This document shows, one piece after another, positions 27,121-40,139 of a stretch of DNA of 64,000 bases. Under the pieces are notes generated by a model that was not told where the DNA came from, did not search any database, and saw only the letters and a program-made list of their open reading frames with translations. The stretch is from assembly GCA_964016885.1 (NCBI GenBank), contig OZ024744.1, positions 79,546,001 through 79,610,000 of the forward strand, given 5' to 3'. Both the position numbers and the translations under genes were made by a program. Numbering within the stretch: position 1 is the first letter of the stretch; each line of letters starts with the position of its first letter. The stretch comes from Eledone cirrhosa. Its lineage: Eukaryota.

Positions 27121-27899
27121 AGTGATGCAGTTATAGTGTTGTTTTGTACTTATCAAAGAGTCCTTGCTAATGTTTTTTAATTTAAATGTTTATAGTATTT
27201 TTTATTAGTGAACAAATCATAGTGAAAATTTGCAGGTTTAGAGTAAAGACTTAATTATTAATGTAATGTAATCATAGTGTTCTTTTGTACCTTTGAAGAA
27301 TGCCTGCTAATGTTGTTTCATGTGGTACAGGACGTTATGAGATAAACCATTTAATAATTGTTTCTATTTTGGGCACAAGGCCAGCAAATACCCAGTGTAT
27401 TACTGGTACTTTATTTTATTGACCCCGTAAGGATGAAAGGCAAAGTTAACCTCAGCGGGATTTGAACTCAGAATGGCAAGGGCCGTAACTCCATGCTTCA
27501 AAGCATGGCGTCTGACCCTCTACCGATACTGCCAATCCACCAATAATGAAATTATTGTGTAAAGTGCTCAGGTGCACATGTCCTAACACTTTTAAAATGT
27601 AGGTGTCATTTGAGGTAGATTTGTCTGCTATTTCTAGTAGGTCAAGCAACCACCTTTTAACTTCATCTGGCTGTTGTTGTTGTTATTGTTGCCAGTCATT
27701 GTTGTTGTTGTTGTTTTTATTACCACTGTCATTGTTGTTGTTATTGTGTAGAGTGGTTAAAAAACATATTTAAGTTTTTTAACTGATATACATATTTCCT
27801 TTTCAGTGTGTTTGCATATATGTGTGTGTTTGATGGTGTAGGGTGTGAGTGTATTTGCGTGATGTTGTGTGGGTGTCTGTGTGTGTGTGTGTGTATGTG

Positions 27900-30800
27900 G
27901 GTGTTGAGGTGATGGTTTGATGATATGTGTGTGATGGTATGTGTTAGGTGATGGTGTGATGGTATGTCTGTGATGGTATGTGTTGGGTGTTGAGGTGATG
28001 GTTTGATGGTATGTCTGTGATGGTATGTGTTGGGTATTGAGGTGATGGTTTGATGGTTTGATGGTATGTCTGTGATGGTATGTGTTGGGTGCTGGGTGTT
28101 GAGGTGATGGTTTGATGGTATGTGTTGGGTGTTGAGGTGATGGTTTGATGCTTTGTCTGTGATGGTATGTGTTGGGTGTTGAGGTGATGGTTTGATGGTA
28201 TGTCTGATGGTGTGTGTTGGGTGTTGAGGTGATGGTTTGATGGTATGTCTGTGATGGTATGTTTGGTGTTGGTATGTGTTAGGTGTTGAGTTGATGGTTT
28301 GATGGTATGTATTGGGTGTTGAGGTGATGGTTTGAGGGTATGTCTGTGATGGTATGTGTTGGGTATTGAGGTGATGGTTTGTCTGTGATGGTATGTGTTG
28401 GGTGTTGAGGTGATGGTTTGATGGTATGTCTGTGATGGTATGTGTTGGGTGTTAAGGTGATGGTTTGATGGCATGTCTGTGATGGTATGTGTTGGGTGTT
28501 GAGGTGATGGTTTGATGATATGTCTGTGATGGTATTGTTGGGTGTTGAGGTGATGGTGTGATGGTATGTGTTGGGTGTTGAGGTGATGGTTTGATGGTAT
28601 GTGTTGGGTGTTGAGGTGATGGTGTGATGGTTTGATGGTATGTCTGTGATGGTATGTGTTAGATGTTGAGGTGATGTTTTGATGGTATGTGTTCGGTGTT
28701 GTGGTGATGGTTTGATGGTATGTCTGTGATGGTATGTGTTGGGTGTTGAGGTGATGGTTTGATGGTATGTGTTAGGTGTTAAGGTGATGGTTTGTCTGTG
28801 ATGGTATGTGTTGGGTGTTGAGGTGGTGGTTTGATGGTATGTCTGTGATGGTATGTGTTGGGTGTTGAGGTGATGGTTTGATGGTATTTCTGTGATGGTA
28901 TGTGTTGGGTGGTGAGGTGATAGTTTGATGGTATGTCTGTGATGGTATGTTAGGTGTTAAGGTGATGGTTTGTCTGTGATGGTATGTGTTGGGTGTCGTC
29001 GTGATGGTTTGATGGTATGTCTGTGATGGTATGTGTTGGCTGTTAAGGTGATGGTTTGATGGTATGTCTGTGATGGTATGTGTTGGGTGTTGAGGTGATG
29101 GTTTCATGGTTTGATGGCATGTCTGTGATGGTATGTGTTCGGTGTTGAGGTGATGGTGTGATGGTATGTGTTGGGTGTTGAGGTGATGGTTTGATGGTAT
29201 GTGTTGGGTGTTGAGGTGATGGTTTGATGGTATGTGTTGGGTGTTGAGGTGATGGTTTGATGGTATTTCTGTGATGGTATATGTTGGGTGTTTGGGTGTT
29301 GGTTTGTTGGTGTGTCTTTGATGGTATGTGTTGGGTGTTGAGGTAATGGTTTGATGGTATGTGTTGGGTGTTGAGGTGATGGTTTGATGGTATTTGTGTG
29401 ATGGTATGTGTTGGGTGTTGAGGTGATGGTGCGATGGTATGTCTGTGATGGTGTGTGTTGGGTGTTGAGGTGATGGTTTGATGGTATGTCTGTGATGGTA
29501 TGTGTTAGGTGTTGAGGTGATGGTGTGATGGTATGTCTGTGATGGTGTGTGATGGTATGTGTTGGGTGTTGAGGTGATGGTTTGATGGTATGTCTGTGAT
29601 GGTATGTGTTGGGTGTTGAGGTGATGGTTTGATGGTATGTCTGTGATGGTATGTGTTGGGTGTTGAGGTGATGGTTTGATGGTATGTCTGTGATGGTATG
29701 TATTGGGTGTTGAGGTGATGGTTTGATGGTATGTCTGTGATGGTATGTGTTGGGTGTTGGGTGTTGAAGTCATGGTTTGATGGTATGTGTTGTGTGTTGA
29801 GGTGATGGTTTGATGGTGTGTGTTGGGTGTTGAGGTGATGGTTTGATCGTATATCTGTGATGGTATGTGTTGGGTGTTGAGGTGATGGTTTGATGGTATG
29901 TGTTGGGTGTTGAGGTGATGGTTTGATGGTATGTGTTTGGTGTTGAGGTGATGGTTTGATTGTTTGTCTGTGATGGTATGTGTTGGGTGTTGAGGTGATG
30001 GTTTGATGGTCAGTCTGATGGTATGTGTTGGGTGTTGAGGTGTGGTTTGATGGTATGTCTGTGATGGTGTGTGTTGGGTGTTGAGGTGATGGTTTGATGG
30101 TATGTCTGTGATGGTATGTGTTGGGTGTTAAGGTGATGGTATGTGTTGGGTGTTAAGGTGATGGTTTTATGGTTTGATGGTATGTCTGTGATGGTATGTG
30201 TTGGGTGTTGAGGTGATGGTATGTGTTGGGTGTTGAGGTGATGGTTTGATGGTATGTGTTAGGTGTTGAGGTGATGGAGTGATGGTATGTCTGTCATGGT
30301 GTGTGATGGTATGTCTGTGATGGTATGTGTTGGGTGTTGAGGTGATGGTTTGATGGTATGTCTGTGATGGTATGTGTTGGGTGTTGAGGTGATGGTTTGA
30401 TCGTATATCTGTGATGGTATGGGTTGGGTGTTGAGATGATGGTTTGATGGTATGTGTTGGGTGTTGAGGTGATGGTTTGATGGTGTGTGTTGGGTGTTGA
30501 GGTGATGGTTTGATCGTATATCTGTGATGGTATGTGTTGGGTGTTGAGGTGATGGTTTGATGGTTTGTCTGTGATGGTATGTGTTGGGTGTTGAGGTGAT
30601 GGTTTGATGGTTTGTCTGTGATGGTATGTGTTGAGTGTTGAGGTGATGGTTTGATGGTATGTCTGATGGTGTGTGTTGGGTGTTGAGGTGATGGTTTGAT
30701 GGTATGTCTGTGATGGTATGTGTTGGGTGTTGAGGTGATGGTTTGATGGTATGTCTGTGATGGTGTGTGTTGGGTGTTGAGGTGATGGTTTGATGGTATG

Positions 30801-33800
30801 TCTGTGATGGTATGTGTTGGGTGTTAAGGTGATGGTTTTATGGTTTGATGGTATGTCTGTGATGGTATGTGTTGGGTGTTGAGGTGATGGTTTGATGGTA
30901 TGTCTGTGATGGTATGTGTTGGGTGTTGAGGTGATGGTTTGATGGTATGTGTTGGGTGTTGAGGTGATGGTTTGATGGTATGTGTGTGATGGTATGTGTT
31001 AGGTGTTGAGGTGATGGTGTGATGGTATGTGTTGGGTGTTGAGGTGATGGTTTGATGGTATATCTGTGATGGTATGTGTTGGGTGTTGAGGTGATGGTTT
31101 GATGGTATGTCTGTGATGGTATGTATTGGGTGTTGAGGTGATGGTTTGATGGTATGTCTGTGATGGTATGTGTTGGGTGTTGAAGTCATGATTTGATGGT
31201 ATGTGTTGGGTGTTGAGGTGATGGTTTGATGGTATGTTTGATGGTGTGTGTTGGGTGTTGAGGTGATGGTTTGATCGTATATATGTGTTGGTTGTTGAGG
31301 TGATGGTTTGATGGTATGTGTTGTGTGTTGAGGTGATGGTTTGATGGTATGTGTTTGGTGTTGAGGTGATGGTTTGTCTGATGGTGTGTTGGGTGTTGAG
31401 GCGATGGTTTGATCGTATATCTGTGATGGTATGTGTTGGGTGTTGAGGTGATGGTTTGATGGTATGTGTTGGGTGTTGTGGTGATGGTTTGATGGTATGT
31501 GTTTGGTGTTGAGGTGATGGTTTGATGGTTTGATGGTTTTTCTGTGATGGTATGTGTTGTGTGTTGAGGTGATGGTTTGATGGTATGTCTGTGATGGTAT
31601 GTGTTGGGTGTTGGGTGTTGAAGTCATGGTTTGATGGTATGTGTTGGGTGTTAAGGTGATGGTATGTGTTGGGTGTTAAGGTGATGGTTTTATGGTTTGA
31701 TGGTATGTCTGTGATGGTATGTGTTTGGTGTTGAGGTGATGGTTTGATGGTATGTCTATGATGGTGTGTGATGGTATGTTTGGTGTTGAGGTGTTGGTTT
31801 GATGGTATGTGTTCGGTGTTGAGGTGAGGGTTTGATGCTTTGAGGCTATGTCTGTGATGGTATGTGTTGGGTGTTGAGGTGATGGTTTGATGGTATGTCT
31901 GTGATGGTATATGTTGGGTGTTGGGGGTTGAGGTGATGGTTTGATGGTATGTCTGTGATGGTATGTTTTGGGTGTTGAGGTGATAGTTTGTCTGTGATGG
32001 TATGTGTTGAGTGTTAAGGTGATGGTTTGATGGTATGTGTTGGGTGTTGAGGTGATGGTTTGATGGTTTGATGGCATGTCTGTGATAGTATGTGTTGGGT
32101 GTTGAGGTGATGGTTTGATGGTATGTCTGTGATCGTGTGTGTTGGGTGTTGAGGTGATGGTTTGATGGTATGTGTTGGGTGTTGAGGTGATGGTTTGATG
32201 GTATGTCTGTAATGGTATGATGGTATGTGTTAGGTGTTGAGGTGATGGTTTGATGGTATTTGCGTGATGGTATGTGTGGGTGTTGAGGTGATGGTGTGAT
32301 GGTTTGATGGTATGTCTGTGATGGTATGTGTTAGATGTTGAGGTGATGGTCTGATGGTATGTCTGTGATGGTATGTGTTCGGTGTTGTGGTGAAGGTTTG
32401 ATGGTATGTCTGTGATGGTATGTGTTGGGTGTTGAGGTGATGGTTTGATGGTTTGATGGTATGTCTGTGATGGTATGTGTTAGATGTTGAGGTGATGGTC
32501 TGATGGTATGTCTGTGATGGTATGTGTTCGGTGTTGTGGTGAAGGTTTGATGGTATGTCTGTGATGGTATGTGTTGGGTGTTGAGGTGATGGTTTGATGG
32601 TATGTCTGTGATGGTATGTGTTGGGTGTTGAGGTGATGGTTTGATGGTATGTCTGTGATGGTATGTGTTGGGTGTTGAGGTGATGATTTGATGGTATGTC
32701 TGTGATGGCATGTGTTGGGTGTTGAGGTGATGGTTTGATGGTATGTCTGTGATGGTATGTGTTGGGTGTTGAGGTGATGGTTTGATGGTATTTGTGTGAT
32801 GGTATGTGTTGGGTGTTGAGGTGATGGTGTGATGGTTTGATGGTATATCTGTGACGGTATGTGTTAGATGTTGAGGTGATAGTTTGATGGTATGTCTGTG
32901 ATTGTATGTGTTGGGTGTTGAGGTGATGGTTTGATGGTATGTGTGTGTTGGGTGTTGCGGTGATGGTATGTGTTAGGTGTTGAGGTGATGGTGTGATGGT
33001 ATGTGTTCGGTGTTGAGCTGATGGTTTGATGGCATGTCTGTGATGGTATGTGTTCGGTGTTGAGGTGATGGTATGATGGTATGTCTATGATGGTATGTGT
33101 CAGGTGATGGTTTGATGGCATGTCTGTGATGGTATGTGTTGGGTGTTGAGGTGATGGTTTGATGGTATGTGTTAGGTGATGGTGTGATGGTATGTCTGCG
33201 ATGGTTTGTGTTAGGTGTTGAGGTGATAGTTTGATGGTATCTCTGTGATGGTATGTATTGGGTGCTGAGGTGATGGTGTGATGGTATGTGTTGTGTGTTG
33301 AGGTGATGGTTTGATGGTATATGTTAGGTGTTGAGGTGATGGTGTGATGGTATGTGTTGGGTGTTGAGGTGATGGTGTGATGGTTTGATGGTATGTGTTA
33401 GATGTTGAGGTGATGGTTTGATGGTATGGCTGTGATGGTATGTGTGTGTTGGGTGTTGAGGTGATGGTGTGATGGTTTGATGGTATGTGTTAGATGTTGA
33501 GGTGATGGTTTGATGGTATGTCTGTGATGGTATGTGTGTGTTGGGTGCTGAGGTGATGGTGTGATGGTATGTGTTGGGTGTTGAGGTGATGGTTTGTTGC
33601 TATGTGTGTGTTCGGTGTTGTGCTGATGGTTTGAGGGCATGTCTGTGATGGTATGTGTTCGGTGTTGGAATGTGTTAGGTGTTGAAGTGATGGTATGATG
33701 GTATGTCTGTGATGGTATGTGTTAGGTGTTGAGGTGATGGTTTGATGGCATGTCTGTGATGGTATGTGTTGGGTGTTGAGGTGATGGTTTGATGGCATGT

Positions 33801-34300
33801 CTGCGATGGTATGTGTTGGGTGTTGAGGTGATGGTTTGATGGTATGTCTGTGATGGTATGTGTTAGGTGTTGAGGTGATGGTTTGATGGTATGTCTGTGA
33901 TGGTATGTGTTGGGTGTTGAGGTGATGGTTTGATGGTATGAGTTAGGTGTTGAGGTGATGGTTTGATGGTATGTCTGTGATGGTATGTGTTGGGTGTTGA
34001 GGTGATGGTTTGATGGTATGTGTTAGGTGTTGAGGTGATGGTTTGATGGTATGTCCATGATGGTATGTGTTGGATGTTGAGGTGATGGTTTGATGGTATG
34101 TGTTGTGTGTTGAGGTGATGGTTTGATGGCATGTCTGTGATGGTATATGTGTGTGTGTGTAGAGGTGATGGTATGGTATGTCTGTAATGGAATGTGTGCT
34201 GGTTTGTTGGTATTGTCTGTGATGGTATGTGTGTGTGTTGGTTTGATGGTATGTCTGTATGATGGTTTGATGGTATGTGTGTGTGGTTTGATGGTGTGTG
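27900..34300. repeat. ~6.4-kb GT-rich minisatellite (47- and 33-bp units) in Clock intron
   Basis: Unit gtgttgaggtgatggtttgatggtatgt(ctgtgatggtatgt)gttgg; explains the minus-strand H/T/P ORFs. Confidence 0.97.
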
Positions 34301-35259
34301 TAAGGTGTTGAGGGTAAATTTGTTTGTTTTGCTGGCAGTACAGGTGTGATGGTGTGTATATGTTAGTTTGGGGTGTGTGATGATGTGGAAATGTTTTTTG
34401 TCATCTTGGTCTCATCCACGGGGCACAGCTCCAACACCGCCGCTCCCTAATCCCAGAGCCCATCAGGCTCTCCTTTTCCTCCCCCCTTCTGTGGCCCCAG
34501 AGACCTTGCCTTTTCCTTCCTTTTCTTCTCATATATGGCTTTTATAGTCCTTTCCTCTACTTTCCCTTACAGCCAGATTTGCTCTTCCTTACTCCTTCCC
34601 CTTTTTCTCATTACTTAATTTTGCTTTTATCTTTCTTTCTCATATTTATTTATCTTTAGAAAGCAGTGGAGACCTCTGCTGTTCTTGGTCCTAGGGCTAT
34701 TTCCCTACTCACCACCATAGCCGCTGAGCTGTGAGATTCGTGAGATGGAATGGCTCTTCCAGCACATCCTCCGGGGAAACGTCTTCTCTATTCTGTCCGC
34801 CAGGGCTGTTGGGTGTCCAACATGTGGGACTCTATTTGCTCATAATAGTGAGAGATGGGGAGAGTGGAATAGATGGAGGCGATGACATCGGGAGTTTGGC
34901 TCCTCTGTGTTCAAACCTGGTGTACATGTTTGTGATGGGGAGGGCGAGAGAGACGGAGGTGATGACAGTGGGAGTTTGGTTCCTCTGTATTTGGACTTGG
35001 TGTATGTGAGAGATGAGGAGGGCGAGAGAGATGGAAGCGATGAGAGTATGTGTTTGGTTCCTCTGTGTTCGGAGCTGGTGTACATGTGTGTGTATTTTTA
35101 GACTATCAACCCTTTCCTTTCGTATTTCCTTCTAATGGCCGTTAGATAGATTTGTATTGTAACTTCTGGTAATGTCACTACATATAGATATACAATTTAT
35201 TTGTGTTGTCATCATCATCACCATCGTTTAACATCTATCTTCCACGCTAGCATGTGTAT

Positions 35260-35520
35260 TTATCATCATCATCATCATTTTATGTCCGCTTTTCCCTGCT
35301 TGCAAGGGTTGGGCGGGTCCTATTCAGCACAGCATCTCTCTACTTGTCACGGTCCTTCGTCATCTCCTCGGTGAGTTTCAGCGATCTGAAGTTCGCTCTC
35401 ACCACCTCCGCCCATGTTTTACGTGGTCTACCTCTACAGCGTCTTCCTTCTACTGGGATTTCTTGGCACTTCTTTACCCAGCGGTCATCCTCCATGCGCA
35501 TCACATGCCCATACCATCTG
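35260..35520 (-). mobile_element. RTE family C 3' end (other copies about 26279-26462 and 57200-57600)
   Basis: RWYGHVMRM...RGRPRKTW, a short 3' UTR (ccgcttttccctgcttgcaagggt) and (CAT)n tail. Confidence 0.85.
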
Positions 35521-35764
35521 TTTATCATTTGTATGTATTTTTCTTGTCCCTCCCAAGAAATAAATTATAACCACATCTTTAAAAAAAAAAAGAGGTAGAA
35601 AGGAAAAAAAACTGAATCGTGTTTGGGATTGTGATTCCTAAGTTCTACCTCTTCCAATATCCCTTTTTCATGAAAAGTCAAAATAATTGAATTTATCTCT
35701 TGCAAAATATGAATAAATAAGATATTTACTATTTGTATGGTATAGAGAAAATTTTACAATATGG

Positions 35765-36385
35765 AATTATTGTTGTTTTTGTTGTTGGTGTTGTGATGGT
35801 GACGGTGGTGGTGTTGTAGTGGCATTGTTGTGGTGTTGTTGTTGTTGTGGTGACAGTGTTGTAATGGTGGTGTTGTGGTGGTGTTGTAGTGGCGTTGTTG
35901 TTGTGGTGGTGGTGTTGTTGTTGTGGGGGTGTTGTAGTGGCATTGTTGTTGTAGTGGCGTTGTTGTTGTTGTGGGGGTGTTGTTGTTGTGGGGGTGTTGT
36001 GGTGGTGATGGTGGTGGTGTTGTAGTGGCGTTGTTGTTGTGGGGGTGGTGGTGGTGTTGTGGTGGTGGTGTTGTAGTGGCGTTGTTGTTGTGGTGGTGTT
36101 GTAGTGGCGTTGTTGTGGTGGCAGTGTTGTAATGGTGGTGTTGTAATGGCGTTGTTGTTGTGGTGGTGTTGTAGCGGCGTTGTTGTTGTGGTGGCGGTGT
36201 TGTTGTAGCGGTGTTGTTGTGGTGGCGGTGTTGTTGTGGTGGCGGTGTTGTTGTTGTGGAGGTGTTGTTGTGGTGGTGGTGTTGTGGTGGTGTTGGTGTT
36301 GTAGTGGTGGTGTTGTTGTAGTGGTTGAGGCGTTGTTGTTGTTGTTGCTGCTGCTGCTGTTGTTGTTTTTGTTGTTGTTGTTGTT
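35765..36385. repeat. Degenerate (TGT/TGG)n trinucleotide tract (similar tract about 23590-23900)
   Basis: Mixed gttgtt/ggtggt/gtagtggc triplets. Confidence 0.9.
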
Positions 36386-36979
36386 TGTCATTTGGAAAAC
36401 ACTTCCTTATAACTATCATCTGGTAATGTTGTGTACAATAGACTATCCTAGTGGAGATCTATCTCTCATCCTCTCTGTTATGTTTCTGTATACAGCACCA
36501 CATAGTGACTTTTATGCAGATCTAAGGTTATATACATTTAATAAGGGGACTAATGGGATATAAGTTAATTCTTTCTAACACTAACAGTTTGGGGAGAGAC
36601 GATTATATCAACACCACCCCAGCCTCCAGTACATAATTGGTATTTTATCGACCCTGGAAGGAAAAAAGATGAAATTGACCTTGATAGAATTTGAACTCAG
36701 AATGTAAAGAGCCATAACTAAATACTTCAAAGCATTTTGTCTGATGCTCTACTGATTCTGCCAATCCACTTCCTCTTTTGAAATATAAGTAATAAAAGCA
36801 GATAGAAAAGATAAAGAATACTGCTCAAGTGAGGAAGAATCAGGATACTTAACCACTCCCCCCCTCCCCTTCCTCAAACCTATTTACCATCTATAATTCC
36901 CAGCTAATGATCTTTTCTGAAATCTGACTAGTAGATATTTTCCCTAAGTACTACTCACAAGACATTTCAGATTTATGCA

Positions 36980-37426
36980 GCGTCTGGGTCGGTAGGTGAC
37001 ACCATAACCACACATATTTTTAAAGGATTGGTACAGCAGCATCATTGTCAGCTGCTACAAGGGTAAAGGTGATGCATTAGATAGAGGAAACTATAGAGGT
37101 ATAAAGCTGAAGGACCAGGTCATGAAAGTAACGGAAAGAGTTATAGCACAGTTGATTAGGGACCGGGTAAAACTAGATGAGATGCAAAAAAGCACCCAGC
37201 CTACACTGTAAAGTGGACATGCAGACGCCACGGAAAAAGGCACCCAGCACTCACTGTATATGAGGTTGGTGTTAGGAAGGGCATCCAGCTGTAGAAATCA
37301 TGCCAGAATCAGTTCCAGTATGAGCAAGACAAGGTCAGCCTACTGGACACTGCCCACAACAGGACAACCCGTCTAACCCATGCTAGCGTGGAAGAACGGA
37401 CATAAAACGGTGATGATGATGATGAT
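36980..37426 (+). mobile_element. RTE family B fragment (RT piece fused to 3' UTR)
   Basis: YKGKGDALDRGNYRGIKL-coding DNA joined directly to the 3' UTR and (GAT)n tail. Confidence 0.85.
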
Positions 37427-37725
37427 TTATTTACCCTACTTCTCTCATTTATTATTAATTATATTAAGATGGTCCTAATATTATTCCTGCCATTTCTTCA
37501 GATATCTATACTATAATCTTCATTGCAAGTCAGTTATCCTTGGAATAAATATTTGGTTTATCATTTCTATAGCTTCTTGGACATATGTATGTTTGTGATT
37601 TTTGTTTGCATGTGTGCATATGTATCTGTACATGGTTATATTTAAGTGTTTGCATCCATGTAATTAATTTTTTTTTTCATTGTTTGTATGTGTGTACACT
37701 AGTGCTATCATGCTATCTTCAAGAT

Positions 37726-38233
37726 ATATTTTTAATGAGTTAGTCCCAGGGTTACTTACTCCAGTAAGTACCTCCGGATCCCAACCACTAAATTTAATAG
37801 AAATAAGAGATAGGAGAATTTTCATACAATTTCATTTCGTGTGAGAATTATCTCTCACTACATTTGAAGTAATAACTGAAGCATAATAAGTTTCTCAAAA
37901 CGAGTATCAAAATGACTTGCGTTTATTGTAGTCCGTGAATTACATATGTGGTAAGCAAATGTACCTCGAGGCATGTCAAGGTATAATCCTGAACCATAAG
38001 ATGTGGTTGGAAAAAGGTTAGCATGTTTGCATTCGATGTGATCACTTCAAGGGTTAACTGGCAAAAGAGAGTAAGTGAGCAAGAGAGATCGAGTGACGTC
38101 AGCACACTCCCTTATATACTGGCCACGGGGAAGTAACTCCAATTAGTTTTTTCTCCCCGGGCAAGGTGGCGCTAGTCGCTACAAATTGTTTACACAGCCA
38201 AGGAATAAATGGTTGTATATTTCCCTAGCCACA
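37726..38233 (-). mobile_element. Possible solo LTR
   Basis: On the minus strand it starts TGTGG, with TATATAA (about 38112-38118) then AATAAA (about 37922-37927); more CpG-rich than flanks; possible AGAT duplication. Left end is not canonical. Confidence 0.3.
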
Positions 38234-39666
38234 AGATGAATTGAACTGAAGATTTATTTTTGAGCTACTTGAAATATTTTCATTTTACCTCATCTTTAGG
38301 GCAGTGGAATGGCAGTATCATTAGAGCATCGGGCAGTGTTTCACTGAGGTTTGCTTTGCCTTTCATCCTTATGGGGTCAATTAAATAAAGTACCAGTAAC
38401 AAACTGAGGTCAATTTAATTGACTTTCCTCTCTCTCAAAATTGTTGGTCTTGTGCCTAAATCAGAAACTATTTCACTTCATCTTTGGACAACATTTTGAA
38501 CATTTAGTATTCCTCATTGTAACATAGTTCCTATTCTTACTTCTTCAAATTCACCAACTGTGTTGTTTTCAATCTCCTTGTTGTTTTTTTCCTATTTTTT
38601 TTAAAATGCTACTGTAGCCTTGTCTTCACCTTTTTTTATGTGTATTTGCATTAGCGAATCTTCATTCAGTTTTACATCTGTGTGTTGCTTGCTTACTAGT
38701 TACAGATTCCCTTGCTTTAACCTTTTTTCTGTAATTTTCTTCTCTTTTTGTGATGTTTAATCCAAAGCTTCATATGCCCTTGTATCAGCCATTCTTCTGT
38801 TATTTTGTCAGTTTTGTAATCATTGGTTTACATTTTGTAAGCTTTAATGGATACATTCCTTGTTATTAGAGGAAGTCTGTTTAGTTTTGTTGTGTTAATG
38901 GAGCTGAGATTACTTCTACTAAACCGATCCAATCCAAACCAAACCATGATACGCTATATAAATGCTATATAAGCATAACCAAAAGGAAGTACAAGCAAAT
39001 GTGCTTCAATCATACTTCCCTTTTAAGACATTAAGAAATGTGTGTGAGTGTATATAGAACATGGGTGTGGTAAAGGAGCTTTATTCACAATCATGAAATT
39101 GCAAGTTTGAAGTCATTGTATGGCATGTTAAATATGTGCCTCTTATCACAGCCTCTGGTTGAATCGAACCTGCAGAGGAAAATTTGGTAGATGGAAGTCC
39201 AGGTATGTCACATACTGTGCCATGCTGATTCTGTCTGAGAATTATATTAAACCATACCAATATCTGTAGAATATTCACCCACTTTATATTTGAATGAGTA
39301 TGCAGTTTGATAAAAAAAAATCTAAAACACATATCATCAAAATTTATGGAAGTCCCATTTTCTAATATATAGAAACAGTATTATATTTAATCTGATTTTT
39401 TCTCGAATTAGTTGTGTCAATACTCTTTCTACCACTTTCATAATTTGATCCACTAGTTTAATGCTTCTGTTTCTCTTTTCTAGAGCATTAGATTTTCCCT
39501 TGTAACTATTAATAAATATACTGATATGCCAGCCATTGGGAATGACACCAACATGTATTACATGGAAATTCATTGCAACCAAAGGTTTCATGAGCTAACA
39601 AGCCTGCATAGTTTTTTAGTCACAAACATAGCTTACAGATGGTTGCAATGAATTTTTGTGCATCAT

Positions 39667-39697
<31 letters not shown>

Positions 39698-39903
39698 ATT
39701 TACCTATTTTTTCTTTATCTTCATTCCCAAGTGTGAATCTAATAAGACTGTTTTTGCATCTCTGTGTTTGTCTTGTTTATTCTTGTCTAGAATATTTTAA
39801 ATTTTGTTCATTATTTCCAAAGTTTGTTAATATTTATATTCTCTTGTGTGTTAAGAAATTATAAATAATTCATCTGAATCAGGTCTTTGACATTTCTTTG
39901 TAG

Positions 39904-40052
39904 GAAAACTCGTAACTTAAGCGAGAAGAAGAGAAGAGATCAGTTCAACATGCTAATCAACGAGCTGTGTTCCATGGTTTCGACCAACAACAGAAAAATG
40001 GACAAATCGACAGTCTTAAAATCAACAATAGCTTTCCTCAGAAATTACCAAG
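39904..40052 (+). CDS. Clock: Clock exon, bHLH domain
   Basis: tag|G acceptor and G|gtatc donor. Encodes [49 protein letters not shown], the CLOCK/NPAS2-type bHLH. Confidence 0.96.
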
Positions 40053-40139
40053 GTATCAACTTAATCTTTTTTTTTTTAACATCTTTTTTATTTCTTGTAA
40101 ATCTGTGCTTCAATAATGATGGCAATAGCGTTGAATGTA

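Noticed and set aside
27944-34132. Many minus-strand H/T/P/Q ORFs
   Set aside because: Translations of the GT-rich minisatellite.
35729-36563. PolyQ/T/H ORFs that might suggest the CLOCK Q-rich tail
   Set aside because: Wrong strand and upstream of the bHLH exon; a degenerate trinucleotide tract.
38242-38282. TGAA-CTGAAGA...GAAA-TA-TT-TTCA hammerhead-like string
   Set aside because: No stem II can form between the boxes; probably chance or too decayed.
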